Source: the human T2T-CHM13v2.0 reference genome, Homo sapiens
Strand: one strand, 5' to 3'
Length of the DNA: 64,000 bases
Assembly (NCBI RefSeq): GCF_009914755.1
Contig: NC_060934.1
Part shown: positions 1 to 17,275 of the stretch, piece after piece
Position numbering within the stretch: position 1 is the stretch's first letter
How the letters are laid out: each line of letters opens with the position of its first letter
Notes under the pieces: model-generated
The model's input: only the letters and a program-made list of their open reading frames with translations
Database searches by the model: none
Told to the model about the DNA's origin: nothing
Program-made: the position numbers and the translations under genes

Positions 1-4292
<4,292 letters not shown>

Positions 4293-4300
4293 CATAATAA

Positions 4301-4786
4301 ACATAATGACCTCCAGGTCCATTCATGTTGTTGCAAATGATGGGATCTTATTATTTTTTATGGCTGCATAGTACTCCATTGTGTATATGTACCACAATTT
4401 CTTTGTACATTCATCGGATGATGGACACCTGGGTTTCTTCCAATTATTGGCTACTGTGAGCAGTGCTGCAATAAATATGAGGGTACAGATATATCTTGAA
4501 TATACTCATTTCCATTCTTTTGGATATATACTCAACAGTGGGATTACTGGATTGTAGCTCTATTTTTAGTCTTTTGAGGAACCTCTAAACTGTTCTCCAT
4601 AGTGGTTATACTAATTTATATTCCCATCCACAGTGTACAAAAGTTCTCTTTTATCCCCCTCCTCATCAGCATTTGTTATTGCCTGTCATTTGAATAAAAG
4701 CCATTTTAACTGGTGTAAGATCATATCTCATTGTAGTTTTGATTTGCATTTCTGTGATGATCATTCTCTGATGTTGAGCACATTTT
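4301..4786 (-). mobile_element. Older L1 (L1MA-like) 3' ORF2 fragment, interrupted by the young L1
   Basis: Diverged antisense match to the L1 ORF2 C-terminal region (tggctgcatagtactccattgtgtatatgtaccac; gtagttttgatttgcatttc). Confidence 0.85.
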
Positions 4787-5355
4787 TAGAACAAAAAACC
4801 TAATTTACAAACCACACAAAGGACCTGAATACACATTCCTTTTTTATAGCTGTCATCCATTTTATGTTGACAGGTATATAAAAATGCTTGCATCCTCATT
4901 AGTCATCAGGAAGATGCAAATCAAAATCACAAAAAGGTATCGCCTCATTTCTGTTAGGATGGCTATTATCAAGAAGACAAGAGCTAACAAGTATCAGCAA
5001 GGGAATGGAGAAAGCAGAACCCTTACATACTACTGGTGGAAATGTAAACTGGTCCATTATTGAGGAAAATGGTATGAAAGTTTCTAAAGAAATTAAAAAT
5101 TAAACTACCATATGATCTAGCAATCCCTCTTTTGGGTATATACACAGAGGAAATGAAATCACTTTATTAAAGATTTCTGCACTCCCATGTTCACTGCAGC
5201 ATTATTCACAATAACCATAATATGGAAACAACTTAAGTGTCTGTCACAAGATGACTAGATAAAGAAACTGTGGCCTATGCATATATAAATACACAATAGG
5301 ATATTATTCTGCCTTAGAAAGGGAGATCCTGCCATTCATGACAACATGGATGACG
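4787..5355 (+). mobile_element. Older L1 (L1MA-like) 3' ORF2 fragment
   Basis: gatgcaaatcaaaatcacaa...; gcattattcacaataaccataatatggaaacaacttaagtgtc. Confidence 0.82.
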
Positions 5356-5544
5356 CTCACTTATTTCTCACTTGGGCCTTGATAATGTTGAAAACTAGAG
5401 TGCCCTCAATCTCCAATAATTTAACAAACCTTTAAAACCTTGAATGCTTGAGCCCTTTTTAGCCTTCCTGAATTTTGGTGGTGGCAATTTTCTGTCGGAA
5501 CCCATATCCACAAACTAATTAGCTATGCCCTCAGGCACATCATC

Positions 5545-5682
5545 TAAGTGGACTAACCCTCAGTTTTGTCAAATGTAGAAAGGTGGTGATAATAGTTCCA
5601 GGTTCTTAGGATGATTATGAGAATTGGTAATATATTTAAATGCTTAATAAAGCACATGCAATATGCAGGACACTTATTAAGC
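5545..5682. mobile_element. MIR fragment
   Basis: cctcagttttgtcaaatgtagaaaggtggtgataatag...gagaattggtaatatatttaaatgctt resembles the MIR core. Confidence 0.55.
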
Positions 5683-6382
5683 GATAGGTCTTATAGGGTC
5701 TGATGGTCTAGTCTCATGTCATCTGGATCTGAAACAGGAATTGTGCAAGGGTACAACAGCAAGAGTGACTTGGCAGTAAGGAAATAGGCAATGGATGGAA
5801 AATATGTGCATCACCTTTTTTGACCTAGGTTTGGAAAGTTTCATATCTATTTTCAATCTTTGCCATAGATGGAAATTTTATAATTTATAATTTTATAAGT
5901 TTTTTTTCACATTTGTTTTTTTGGTTTCCTTGATTTTTTTGAGGATTAATTCCCCAAGAAAGCTTAAGTAAGAATGGTTGGATACAAAATGTATGATTTT
6001 ATAAACCTTACACTCTACACTGATATTTGCAAATTGTGGCCTGATTATCTTTGGATAAAGGCATATGTAGTTCATGTATTGTTTTTTAACTTCATAATTT
6101 TTGTAGACTCCATGTACTGCTTGGCATTAAAAATCACCTTCACATGAAACAGCTGGGACCATAAAGTGAGTGCCAGTAATAACCACTTTTTCCTTGACTC
6201 CCTGAATATAACATAACCTGAATAAAAGTAGTAACTAAATCCCATGTTTCCCCTTTTCCCAATCTCATTACTACCATGCTTTCTACAGGATTTTTTTTAG
6301 TACAATGACTTTCAGTAGATTCTGACATCAATATTTGTAATAGTTTCACTCCTGGCTGGACTATAGATATATGTGATAGGGT

Positions 6383-6803
6383 GATATGGTTTGGATCTGT
6401 GTGTCAACCCCAATCTTTTTTGGATTATAATCCCCGATGTTAAAGGTGGGGCCTGGTGGAGGTGATTGGATAGATCATAGGAGTGGATTTCTCATGAATG
6501 ATTTAGTACCATCTCTTGGTGCTGTTCTTGTGATAGTGAGCTTTCATGAGATCTGGTTGTTTAAAAGTGTGTGGCACCTCCTTCCCTCTCTCTTGCTCGT
6601 GCTCTGGCTACATGACTTCTCCACTCCTCTTTTACCTTCTGCAATGATTGTAAGTTTCCTGAGGCCTTTCCAGAAACTGAGCAGATGCCAGCATCATGCT
6701 TCTTATACAGCCTCCAAAACTGTGAGACAATTAAACCTCTCTTCTCTATAAATTACTCCATCTCAAGCATTTATTTACAGCAATACGAGAGCCAGTGAAT
6801 AGA
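6383..6803 (+). mobile_element. MaLR solo LTR (MSTB/MSTA-like)
   Basis: Begins tgatatggtttggatctgtgt; contains tgattgtaagtttcctgaggcc and attaaacctctcttctctataaattac. Confidence 0.88.
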
Positions 6804-7157
6804 AAGGGGCTGTCAGCACCCTTTCTTGTTAATTTTTTTATGAACTAGGACTGCAGGTACTTTGTAATTCAACCTGGTTCCCTCCTTATTAGTGAATTCA
6901 CAAGTATTTGGAATGGGTGACAAAGTGGATTCATGGATTCATATTACTAGGAAGTAAACCAGATACAGACTTAAAATCTTCAGGGAAAAAAATGGCTATA
7001 AAATGCAAGAGAAACATATTCTTGGTCTATTGTACCTTAATTATGAGAATTAAGAAAAGTGACTTTATCTCTGGACCTATATATTTAATGTTTTAAAATT
7101 AAGTCAGAAGAGATTTCTTCAATGATTAATTGAATTCAGCCCCTTCAATGACAGCAA

Positions 7158-7332
7158 CAGCTCATAATTACTGACCATTTCGTATGTGCCATGTGCCATC
7201 CTAAGTGTCTATTTTTCATTTTCTCATTTAGAGCTCATGAAGGAGGAACACATAAGTCACATAATTTGCCCAAAGTCACACAGTTAGTATGTGCTAAATC
7301 TTGAATCTGGAGCTAAAACTACTTAACTCTAA
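7158..7332. mobile_element. MIR fragment
   Basis: taatttgcccaaagtcacacagttagt core. Confidence 0.6.
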
Positions 7333-7550
7333 AGCAACTAATATGCTTATGGCACTAAACCAGGCTGTGGAGTTTGGAGTTTGAAATTCAGAGACGGGCC
7401 AAAAACTGTCTCTGATAACTCAAAATCCACAGTTGAGTGAAGTTTTTGTTGCCACTAAAGTTTGTCATTTAGACAACTTATCTCTCACAATCAAGATGTG
7501 TTACTTAAAAATCAAGAAAAATAGAAGTAGTTTTAAAAATTGCAAGCTAA

Positions 7551-8478
7551 ACAGCAAAATAAACTATCAATAGAGTAAACAGACAACCTACAGAATGGGA
7601 GAAAATATTTGCAAACTATGCATCTGGCAAAGGTCTAATATCCAGAATCTATAAGGAAGTCAAACAAATCAACAAGCAGCAAACTAACAACCCCATTAAG
7701 GAATGGGTAAAAAACATAAACAGACACTTCTCAGAACAAAATATGCACATTGCCAACAAGCATATGAAAAATGCTCAATATCACTGATTGTTAGAGAAAT
7801 GCAAATCAAAACAACAATGAGATATAATCTCACACCAATCAGAATGGCTGGTAGCATTCTTTTTTATCAAAAAGTCAAAAAATAACAGTTTCTGACAAGG
7901 TTACACAGTAAAAGGAATGCTTATACACTGCTTGTGGGAATGTAGTTCAGACACTGTGGAAAGCAGTTTGGAAATTTCTCAAAGAACTTAAAATACAAAA
8001 CCATTCAACCCAGCTATCCTATTACTGGGTGTATACACAAAGGGATATACATCATTCTACCATAAAGACACATGCACGTGTATGTTCATAGCAGCACTAT
8101 TCACAACAGCAAAGGCATGGAATCAACTGAGATGCCCATCAACAGTGGACTGGATAAAGAAAATGTGGTACATCTACACCATGGGTACTATGCAATCATA
8201 AAAAAGAATGAAATTGTGTCTTTTGCTGCAACATGAATGCAGCCGAAGGCTTTGTGAAGGTTCCATTCACAAAGATGGGAACAGTGGACATGGGACTCTA
8301 CTTAAGGGTGGAAGTTGGGAGAAGGCTGAGGATTGAAAAACTACCTATTGGATATTATGCTGATTACCTGGATGACAAAATTATCTGTACACCAAATCCC
8401 TGCAACACACAATTTACCTGTGTAAAAAATCTGTGCATGTACCCCTTGAAGCTAAAACAGAAGTTGGAAAGAAAAAAA
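7551..8478 (+). mobile_element. 5'-truncated L1 (L1PA15/16-like) with internal deletion
   Basis: ORF2 C-terminal homology ([11 protein letters not shown]) and 3'UTR gattgaaaaactacctattgg. Degenerate TSD aaaaattgcaagctaaa (7535-7551) / aaaaaatgcaagttaaa (8473-8489). Confidence 0.9.
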
Positions 8479-9239
8479 TGCAAGTTAAAAAGAAAAAAAA
8501 GGAGCTTTAGAGATTCTTTGTAAAAATCAAAATCTTTTTGAAACTTTATAGAAACTTTGTAGTAATGAGCTAATCCATTCAGCGTTTTCTCTCCCGTAAT
8601 TACAGCATATAACCGTTACCTCCTCAAACATTTTTTCAAAATGTTTATTCAGAACAATGATCCAGACAAAAGTTGATTATTTGAGGAAACATTCTGTCTC
8701 TAAGGTCTGTATGATAGTGTATTCAATGAATACATCTAATGCCATTCAAACCATTCAAGTACTAACTGAGCTTACTTAGTACTATGAGCTCACAATTACC
8801 TTAGGGCCACAAAACTTAAATACTCTTAAACAAACCCTAATATATAATCGCTTAAATGTCTCCTACCAACTCTATTTAAAACTCAAAATAATTCAGACTC
8901 TTTCCCCATTACGTAGAGTTGTAGTTCTTTAGACTTCTGTACCATAGCCAATACTTCTGCTACAGAAACTTCAGTTGTGAATGCAGAAGTAAAAAGTGTT
9001 AATGTAAGAACATTTCTAAAATAAAAATGAAAAAATGTTATATATGATTTACAATTGCATCATATCTAATAACAAAACCACGACCACAACCACAACTACC
9101 ATATCAACAAAAAGAACTAAAGATGTCACTATGCAAGCACTGAAAATATACAGCAATGTAGGACTAATTAAATAATTAGGATGCAACAACATAATGGGAT
9201 GTTATGCAATCATTAAAAATAGTTTCAAAATTGTTTAAG

Positions 9240-9392
9240 GTAGCATCATACAATAGAACCATCAGCAATAATGAAATTTTTTATATATGCACTATTACAG
9301 TTGCCAAAAGTCACATGCAGTTATTGAGCCTTAGATATGTGACTAGTGTGACAGATTAATTTTATATAATTTTAATTAATTTAAATTTGAAT
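9240..9392. mobile_element. MER3 (hAT-Charlie MITE), partial
   Basis: caatagaaccatcagcaataatgaaa...gtcacatgcagttattgagc...gtgactagtgtgac...ttaattaatttaaattt. Confidence 0.72.
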
Positions 9393-11128
9393 TTGAGTTT
9401 ATATTCATTTTCAGTTTTTATACACAATCATGTAATATGCTTGTACTTACAAAGGAGAAAATTTTTAAAATGGAGAAAACATTGGCAGTGAGTAGGAAAA
9501 TTAAAATAAACCTTTGTGCTCGTAGTAAGACAGATTGGAGATATTACCTCACACATATATATCAAAAGAGTGTTTAGACTCAGTTCTTTTTCAAGTAATG
9601 CACTTGTTTTTATTTAAAATATTGAGCAAGCAAATGGAAGGTAGCTTATTTTTCATTATTTTAGGAATAAACATTCTCATTTGAAAATATATTTAAATAA
9701 AAATATTTAAATAATAATCTTTTAAGTTATTTAAAAAATTACGTGTATGGTTCCTCTGTATAAAATGATTATATTCATTCTCTTTTATTTCTTTTGTTTC
9801 AAATGATAACAAAATTGATTCTTCGATTAGTATTCATGTATATTTTATCTGACTCATTGGTTACAATATTATAATCTGTCAATCATAATGCCTAGTGATA
9901 ATGATGATGCATAAAGTGTTATTTCCAGAAAAATTTGGAAAATGTTACTGGACTTTCTAACACATCATGACAAGAAACCTACAAACGTTTGACAAGAAAT
10001 CAAGCTTTATTTTTGAAAACCAAAATCCATTTCAGTTCTTATGATGAATTTATTTATTTTATCATTCTTTCTATTGTTTCTAATTCCCAATCCATGGTGA
10101 AAGTTTATTTCTTCTGAGAATAGTCATCTCGTAGCATTAACAATGAACCAATATAATGAAATATCATAAAACAAATATTCAATTACAAAACATAATGGGA
10201 GCTTCCCCTATATTAAAATGTCCCTAGTTATTGAGTAATATCAGATACTTGTTATGCTCAATAGTCCATGAATAATTTATAGCTTACTCTGTTATTTGAC
10301 AACAACATTTTTATAAATAAGATTCCTCAGTGTTTTACAATTCTGATTATAGTTTGGTAAAGGCTTTCATTAATGCCCATATTTATGGACTTAATGAACA
10401 AACTTTGATAACATATTGGGCTTTAAGGGGTTGCTGTGAGTTACTTTTGACATTGTTTATTGAAAGGCAACATTTCAAGCCCAAATCATTACTATGTTTT
10501 CCTGAAACACAGATCTATGAATCAGGGTATTTCAGAAATGGAATATTAAACAATGCACACAGTTCTTTTCTCTTTTTGGAAAGAGCCAAGTACACAGAAT
10601 TTCCCAGCCAAGTACATGCAGAACTTCCCAGCATTTAATACACTCAGAATTTTCCAGAATTAAAAATATATAAATATATATGTATAACTCTGTACTTTAA
10701 TCAACTTTGTGTGTATATGAAGTAAATAATAATCACTAGCCAAAAGCATCATGCTTTAAAAACTGAGGGAAAAAATTTCATTGCAAGTTATTTGCAGAAA
10801 AATAGTTTTGCTATTACCTAGCACATTTGTACATGCTGGTTATTTTGTGCATTTGGACTTCCTCAGGCCCAAGAAGCCAAATCCACCCACCCATCTTTAA
10901 TATTCTCAGGACAAAGTAGGAAAAAAAATGCAACAAGCTGTTGAAATTCAAAATGGCAGTACTTTTTGGAATATGTCAGTAGTTTTAGGGAAAAAAAAAG
11001 TACATTTCAAATCCTGAACATCATGGGCTAAATAAAGCTCTGTCTTAATGATTATGTAGAGAATACCTGACATGATCTTTTTGACCTTCCTCCTTCTTAA
11101 GCACAAACAACTGTAATTTAAAATTCTA

Positions 11129-11420
11129 GGCCGGGCCCGGTGTCTCACGCCTGTTATCCCAGCACTTTGGGAGGCCAAGGCTGGCGGATTATCTGAGATC
11201 AGGAGTTCAAGACCAGCCTGGTTAACATGGTGAAACCCCGTTTCTACTAACAATACAAAAAATTAGCCAGGAATAGTGGCATGCGCCTGTAATCATAGCT
11301 GCTCGGGAGGCTGAGGCGGGAGAATCGCTTGAACCCGGGAAGCGGAGGAGCTGAGATCACACCATTGAACTCCAGCTTGGGAAACAAGAGTGGAACTCCG
11401 TCTCAAAAAAAAAAAAAAAA
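11129..11420 (+). mobile_element. AluS (Sq/Sp-like)
   Basis: Full dimer with A-tail; diagnostic aacaagag near the 3' end; short TSD aaa(a/t)tcta. Confidence 0.96.
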
Positions 11421-11675
11421 TCTATAAGCTAAGGGAAAATTAAAAATTAAAGAGTATAAAAGAAAACAAAGCAATAAATTAGGACCCTGAGGTGTCTCTC
11501 TGAAGAAAATCTTCAGCCTGTCCACTCGTTAGATTGTATTCCTGTCTCGGTGAGGAGATACAAAACAATTTCCAGGTAGGTTAGAGAATCTGACATATGA
11601 GAAGCAGACATCTGTCTGCTTCTCAAGTAGCTACATGGACATTCACTGGGAAGATGTATAGAAGTGAGTTGTATG

Positions 11676-11968
11676 GGCCGGGCGTGGTGGCTCACGCCTG
11701 TAATCCCAGCACTTTGGGAGGCAGAGGCAGGAGGGTCACGAGGTCAGGAGTTCGAGACCAGCCCGAACAACATGGTGAAACCCCGTCTCTACTAAAAATA
11801 CAAAAACTAGCCTGGCATGGTGGTATGTGCCTGTAATCCCAGCTACTCAGGAGGCTGAGGCAGGAAGATCGCTTGAACCTGGAAGGCGGAGGTTGCAGTG
11901 AGTCAAAATCAGCCACTGCACTCCAGCCTAGGTAACAGAGCAAGACTCTGACTCAAAAAAAAAAAAAA
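11676..11968 (+). mobile_element. AluS (Sg-like)
   Basis: Full dimer; tcacgaggtcaggagttcgagaccagcc; TSD agaagtgagttgtatg / aaaaatgagttttatg. Confidence 0.96.
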
Positions 11969-14039
11969 TGAGTTTTATGTAAGATGAGGTTGAGGCAGCC
12001 AACAAAGCTTCTCCTGTTTCTAGAATGACATGAGGGAGCAGGTGGATTTTCCTATGACCCCAACATATTTTCATTTGTTAGAAGAGACAAAATCCAGCTG
12101 ACATGAACATATTGTATTAGTAAAATAGAAATGTAACAAGAGGGAGCTATGGAAATGAAGATGCAGGTATTTCAGAGGATATCAGTATGAAGGCTAGCAA
12201 TGGCAACATCCAGACTGAAGGATGTACACACCTTTGCAGATCATGGCACTGAGAGGCACCAACAAATGATCAGACAATGCAGCTAAATTTATGAAAATAT
12301 AGAGGTCAACCAAGGAACAATGATGAAAAGGAAAAAAATCCCTTAGGAACTGCATTTAAACTTAACCTAAAATGTTTTACCTGGAATTAACCTAGGTTAG
12401 ATCAGGCAGAATAGGCCTAAAGTATTAAGTTCAAGATATAAAAATTAGAAGTGACTTCCTTTTGCATGCTTGAATTTGTAAATGAGTCCCTTGTCAACTG
12501 GTGTTCTTACTAGAAGGGACCTTAGAAATCATCAGTGGAACCTTGATATCTAACCAACATCAAGAGGCAGGGAGACATTAAGTGACTCAGAAATGTAAGT
12601 ACCCAATAACGAGTAGCAAATCCAGAACCACAATCCTTTTTCCTGCTTTCCAGTTCTTTCTGCTATATCTCTATACCTGCTTTAATAATTTAGCATTATT
12701 AAAGCATCATTTATGAATTTACTGTATGCTTGACAGGTGAGAACTAACAATGTGTCATTCTTGCCTTCAAGAGATAATCAAAAATTTCTATGTGTTAGGA
12801 GTGACTTTTGCCTCTGGGTTTACTGGAAGCAAATGAAGGCCATTTTTATTACTAACACAACTCAAAGGAAATCATTCCTTTAGAAACCACCTTTGAAGAT
12901 TTTATTGCCTGTATATTATGTATTGAAATTAGGTGGGAAAATCACTGCCTTCAACTCAAATTTATGTGGGGTTAATTTGACTTTTAAGTCTTATGTAGTG
13001 TGACATTTTTTATAAAAGAAATATACTACAATTAGAAAGATATTGCACAATACATATATTTTTCTTTATTTTCAGTATAAATGCTTTAGAAAGCGTCTGC
13101 TTCAAAGCTCAACTTTCAAACCAATCGCTTCAGGCAAGAGGGAATAAAAGCCATTTTTTTCTTATGACTTGTGTTACAATTTTGTCTTCTTTGTTATAAG
13201 AAGCAAAGACATGGAAATGTGCAAAATATCTTTTGAGCTCTGCTTTTTGTTTTTCTTTGAACTTTATGTCATTCTAATTTTGATAGTTTCTGAAGTCTTC
13301 CCTTTACAAAACTCTATATATTGATAGGATCAGAGGCTAAATTAAAGCTATTCTTTTCTAAAAGTTTTACAGTATATAAAGAAAGAATTTTGTAAACAAA
13401 AATTATGATGCGACAGTGTTAGTTTATGATAGAAATGTTTTAAATATCAAAACCCTAACAGACTAAAAGTGCAAAGATGCAGAAATATGTACGTTATTTT
13501 TTAAAAAAGCTGATATGAATCAATAGAGTCCACGAATTCCAAATATCAGCTCTCTACTATGGAATGCTGAAGCCAGGCTGGCAACTGATACAGCAAAATA
13601 CAAATTCAAATTTTAGCATAAGTAGAGTGAAAGGATTTCAGGGCTTCCAGTAGTGTTTATAGATATATTTTTGTAGTTGCTAAATAAAATTTAATGTGAA
13701 TTTGAAGCATGTATATAAATTATTTAAATTAATTATTGATAGCTTTGAAATGGTTTTATGAACAAGTTTGGTGCAAATGCAGCTGTATGAAAAAAAAGAC
13801 ATGGGGGTTACATTTGTCTGTGTTTCTATGGCAGCTATCTGAAAATGTAAATAATGCAGGCTTTAATTCACATTAAAAGCATGTACTAATGATTGTTTCC
13901 CAATATTAAAATGGACACCTGTAGTTCTATGACAATAGAATAATTTAAGGGTTAGTTTTGTAAATTGTTTTTAAAATAATGATGCTTTAAAATATAATGT
14001 TTTTAAAATAAATTAAAGAAAAAAAAATAGGACAAAACA

Positions 14040-14950
14040 GAACAAAAGTGCCATAGAGAAAACTCCATGACAAGATGACTACCGGTGAATACTGTTAGCC
14101 ACTTAAGGAAGAAATAATACATTATAAAACAGAAAATAGAAAGAAAGGGGACACAGCTAAACTTATTTTATGAGAACATTATCTTGATATTATAAACTGA
14201 ACAAGCATATTACCAAAAAGGAAAATGATTAGACAGTACTTCTTCTGAACAGTGATGCAAATAAACATATGTTAAGCATAAGCAAATCACAACACAGTAT
14301 ACATAAAGAAAAATGTGAGTACAACCTTATTCTGGATTTTATTCCAGGAGTGTACAGTTGGTCTAACATTTAAAAATTATTCAACATAATTTACCACTTT
14401 ATTTGAATAAAAAATGCTAGATAAATTTAATAAATTATCTAGATGTATTTAATAAAATTAATTTTAGATAAATTTAATAAAATTCATCGTCTTTCATGAG
14501 AAAGTCTCAACAAACTAGTAACTGAAGTGAATATTGTGTTTTACTTATTGTATATTCATAATAAAGAGTAGAGCTAAATTAATTCTTAATGGTGAAATAG
14601 TAAATACTTGCCCTTAAGTTACAGGACAAAAATATCCAATATTGTCACTCTTAAACATGGTCATAGAAATGCTAAAGCAGCATGGCAAGATAAAGAAATA
14701 AAGGTTATAAATATTGGAGTGAAATGGTGAAATCTGCCATTATTTGCAGATAACATCATTACAAACATAAACTGCATCAAATAATTTATAAACAATCTAT
14801 TAGAATGAATGTCAATTTCACAGTATTGCAGGATACAAAGTCAGCTTTAAAAAGTATATTTCATTCTGTTAGCCTCAATAAATCTTAAAATGTAAGAATT
14901 TTTTTTAAATCACAGAATGCATAAGAATAAATCTATCAAAAATTTAATAG
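14040..14950 (+). mobile_element. Ancient L1M ORF2 (RT region) fragment
   Basis: Degenerate matches to ORF2, e.g. ggattttattccaggagtgtacagttgg, tatttgcagataacatcatt (LFADD equivalent), gcaggatacaaagtcag. Confidence 0.75.
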
Positions 14951-14959
14951 TGTATATCA

Positions 14960-15995
14960 ATCGCCAACATCCTGTTTCTTTGCCTGGATTACAGCAATAA
15001 ATTTCTGAATGGTCTCTATTCTTCTATCCTCTCTTGCAGATTTTCATGAAAAGAGAGGGCTGTGTGGCTCTTTTAAAAGTTGTATTAGCTTTGTATACCT
15101 GTTGTGACTAATTACTGCAAAATTGATGGGTTTAAACCACCTGCATTTATTCTCTCACTGTTCTGGCGATAAGAAGTCCCACATCAGTTTCAGTGACCCT
15201 CTGGAGGTTCTATCAAGGGGACAATATTTCTTTGCTTTTTCCAGCTTCTAGAGCTGCATTCCTTGACTTGTAGTCTTTTCCTTCATTTTCAAAGTCAACA
15301 TCATAGCATCTGTTAGTGGTCATGTTGCTTTCTTTTTCTTCATCAAGCCTACCCCCGCCTCTCTTGCCATGACATTACAGTTCTCTCTGCCTGGAAGAAT
15401 TTTCTCATTTAATTCTCTCACTTTATTTTCAGGTCTCTGCTCAAATGTCACATCAATAAATACGGCAACCTGTCAAACTGATCTACAATGACAGCATTTA
15501 CCCCTTTCTATCACCTTATTCTGCTTTATTTTCCTTCATAGAAATGATCAGTATGTGATGTTAAACTAGACACAACCTTCATCTGAAATTGTTATGGGCT
15601 GTAGATTTTAAACCTGGGATATTCAATAAGGTTTGTGACAGCAAGCTCTAATCACACATATTGACATTTCAGTAATGACATGTATGCATGGGCACACTAA
15701 GAATGATACATATGTAAAGTGGTTTGTACCAGTCTAGATTCAGTTTTACCAGATAAGTTAGAAAAAAACCTTTCAGTTTTGAAAGATTTTTGATTTTAGA
15801 AATGTAGAAAATAAATTTTAGAATTATATCGTGTGCCTATTTATTTGCTCATTCTCTGTCTACCCTCACTAAAATGTAAACCACATGAGGGAAGGAGCCT
15901 TTCTGTTTTGCTTGCTGTTACATTGTCAGAGCCCATTATGTTGGCAGAAGCTAGCATAATATGTATTCAAATGTGTTGCATTAATTAATCAATGC
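14960..15995 (+). mobile_element. L2 3' region, interrupted by an MLT1 LTR and another insert
   Basis: ttttcaggtctctgctcaaatgtcac; ctaaaatgtaaaccacatgagggaaggagcc; terminal ...tgttgcattaattaatcaat. Confidence 0.65.
15082..15360 (-). mobile_element. MLT1 (MLT1D-like) LTR fragment
   Basis: tgtattagc...atttattctctcactgttctgg...tttttccagcttctagagctgc. Confidence 0.7.
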
Positions 15996-16190
15996 ATTGA
16001 TGGTTGAAAAGGGAAATTCCCAAAATGAAAGACCTTATCCCCAAATTGTGTAATTATAAAAATAAAACAAATAAAAAACCTGAGAACTATTTAAGATCTT
16101 TACATGTAGTGAATTGTAAATAGCTAGGGTTTTTACCCATGCTCAGCAGCATAGATATCTTGAATAATCACAAATACCTATATATGCATT

Positions 16191-16670
16191 TTATGGTTAG
16201 GCTTTGTGTCCCCACCCAAATCTCATCTTGAATTGTAATCCCCATAATCTCCCTAATCCCCATGTCAAGAGACAGACCAGGTGGAAGTAATTGAATCCTG
16301 GGGGCAGTTTCCTCCATGCCGTTCTCGTGAGAGTGAGTGAGTTCTCAAGAGATCTGATGGTGTTTGTTTTATTTCGTTTTGTTTTTAGTTTTGTAGTTTT
16401 AGGTTTTATTTCCAGCTATAAATCCAATTATAAATTTTGCTGAAGTTAAACTTAATTTGTTTTTATATGAGGGCTCTTCCTGCTTCGCTTGGCACTTCTC
16501 CATCGTTCTGCCTTGTGAAGAAGGTATCTTGCTTCCCCTTAAACTTCTGCCATGAGTGTAAATTTCCTGAGGCCTCCCCAGTCATGCTCAACTGTGAGTC
16601 AATTAAACCTCTTTCCTTTATAAATTACCCAGTCTTGGGCAGTTCTTTATAGCAGTATGAAATGGACTAA
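16191..16670 (+). mobile_element. THE1D-like solo LTR carrying a ~97-bp insertion (16362-16458)
   Basis: atggttaggctttgtgtccccacccaaatctcatcttg...gagatctgatgg[insert]ttttatatgagggctcttcc...aattaaacctctttcctttataaattacccagtc...ggactaa. Confidence 0.92.
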
Positions 16671-17275
16671 AGAAAAGACTAAGAAAAACTGCAAATATTG
16701 AATGAGCATGAAGCCTGTAGAAATATGATTAACTTACATTGCTTCACATAACAAGGAAATAAAATAATATTTTGTGAATATGACTTCTGTAAGGCATATG
16801 TATTTAAAATGAACTACCTCTTTTTAGAGAATGACAATTATTGAAAAGACTATGACCTGTTTATGTGAAAAAATAGCAACTTAACAAGATAAGACTACGA
16901 CTTATTTTTGTAAAAAATATAACAAACACAGATAAACCTAATTACACATTTACCTTCATAACTCATTTGACAGTAAAAAATAGAAAATGTATAATATAAT
17001 TATGGTGCATTTAAAATATGATTATAGCCCATTTAAAGATATTGCTTAAAAGAGAAAGTCTCTTTTCCTGATACTGTAATCCTTGTGTTCAGTGTAGTCT
17101 TATTAAAATTGTATAGTTCTTTTAGGACTTTTTCCTAAATCACTCTGGAAAACAAAGCTATGTTGAAGTCATTTTGTTAAATTATGGTAAAATTTACATA
17201 CAATAACATTCACCATTTTTAGGTGTACAGTTTGGTAAATTTTCAAAAAATGTATATAGTCATAAATCAAGATTT

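Noticed and set aside
8615-8710. Minus-strand acceptor/donor pair (GAG|GTAACG)
   Set aside because: Stops in all three frames and a weak polypyrimidine tract.
11517-11581. Plus-strand donor CAG|GTAGGT between two Alus
   Set aside because: The upstream acceptor is weak and the peptide is unrecognisable; insufficient support.
10948-11943. ORFs with familiar-looking peptides (e.g. [18 protein letters not shown])
   Set aside because: These are Alu translations, as are those at 38020-38465 and 46030-46239.
14415-14485. Triplicated tagataaatttaataaa unit
   Set aside because: Low-complexity slippage inside a dead L1M.
15575-15830. Insert within L2 that may be an old DNA transposon
   Set aside because: I could not assign a family, TIRs or TSD with confidence.
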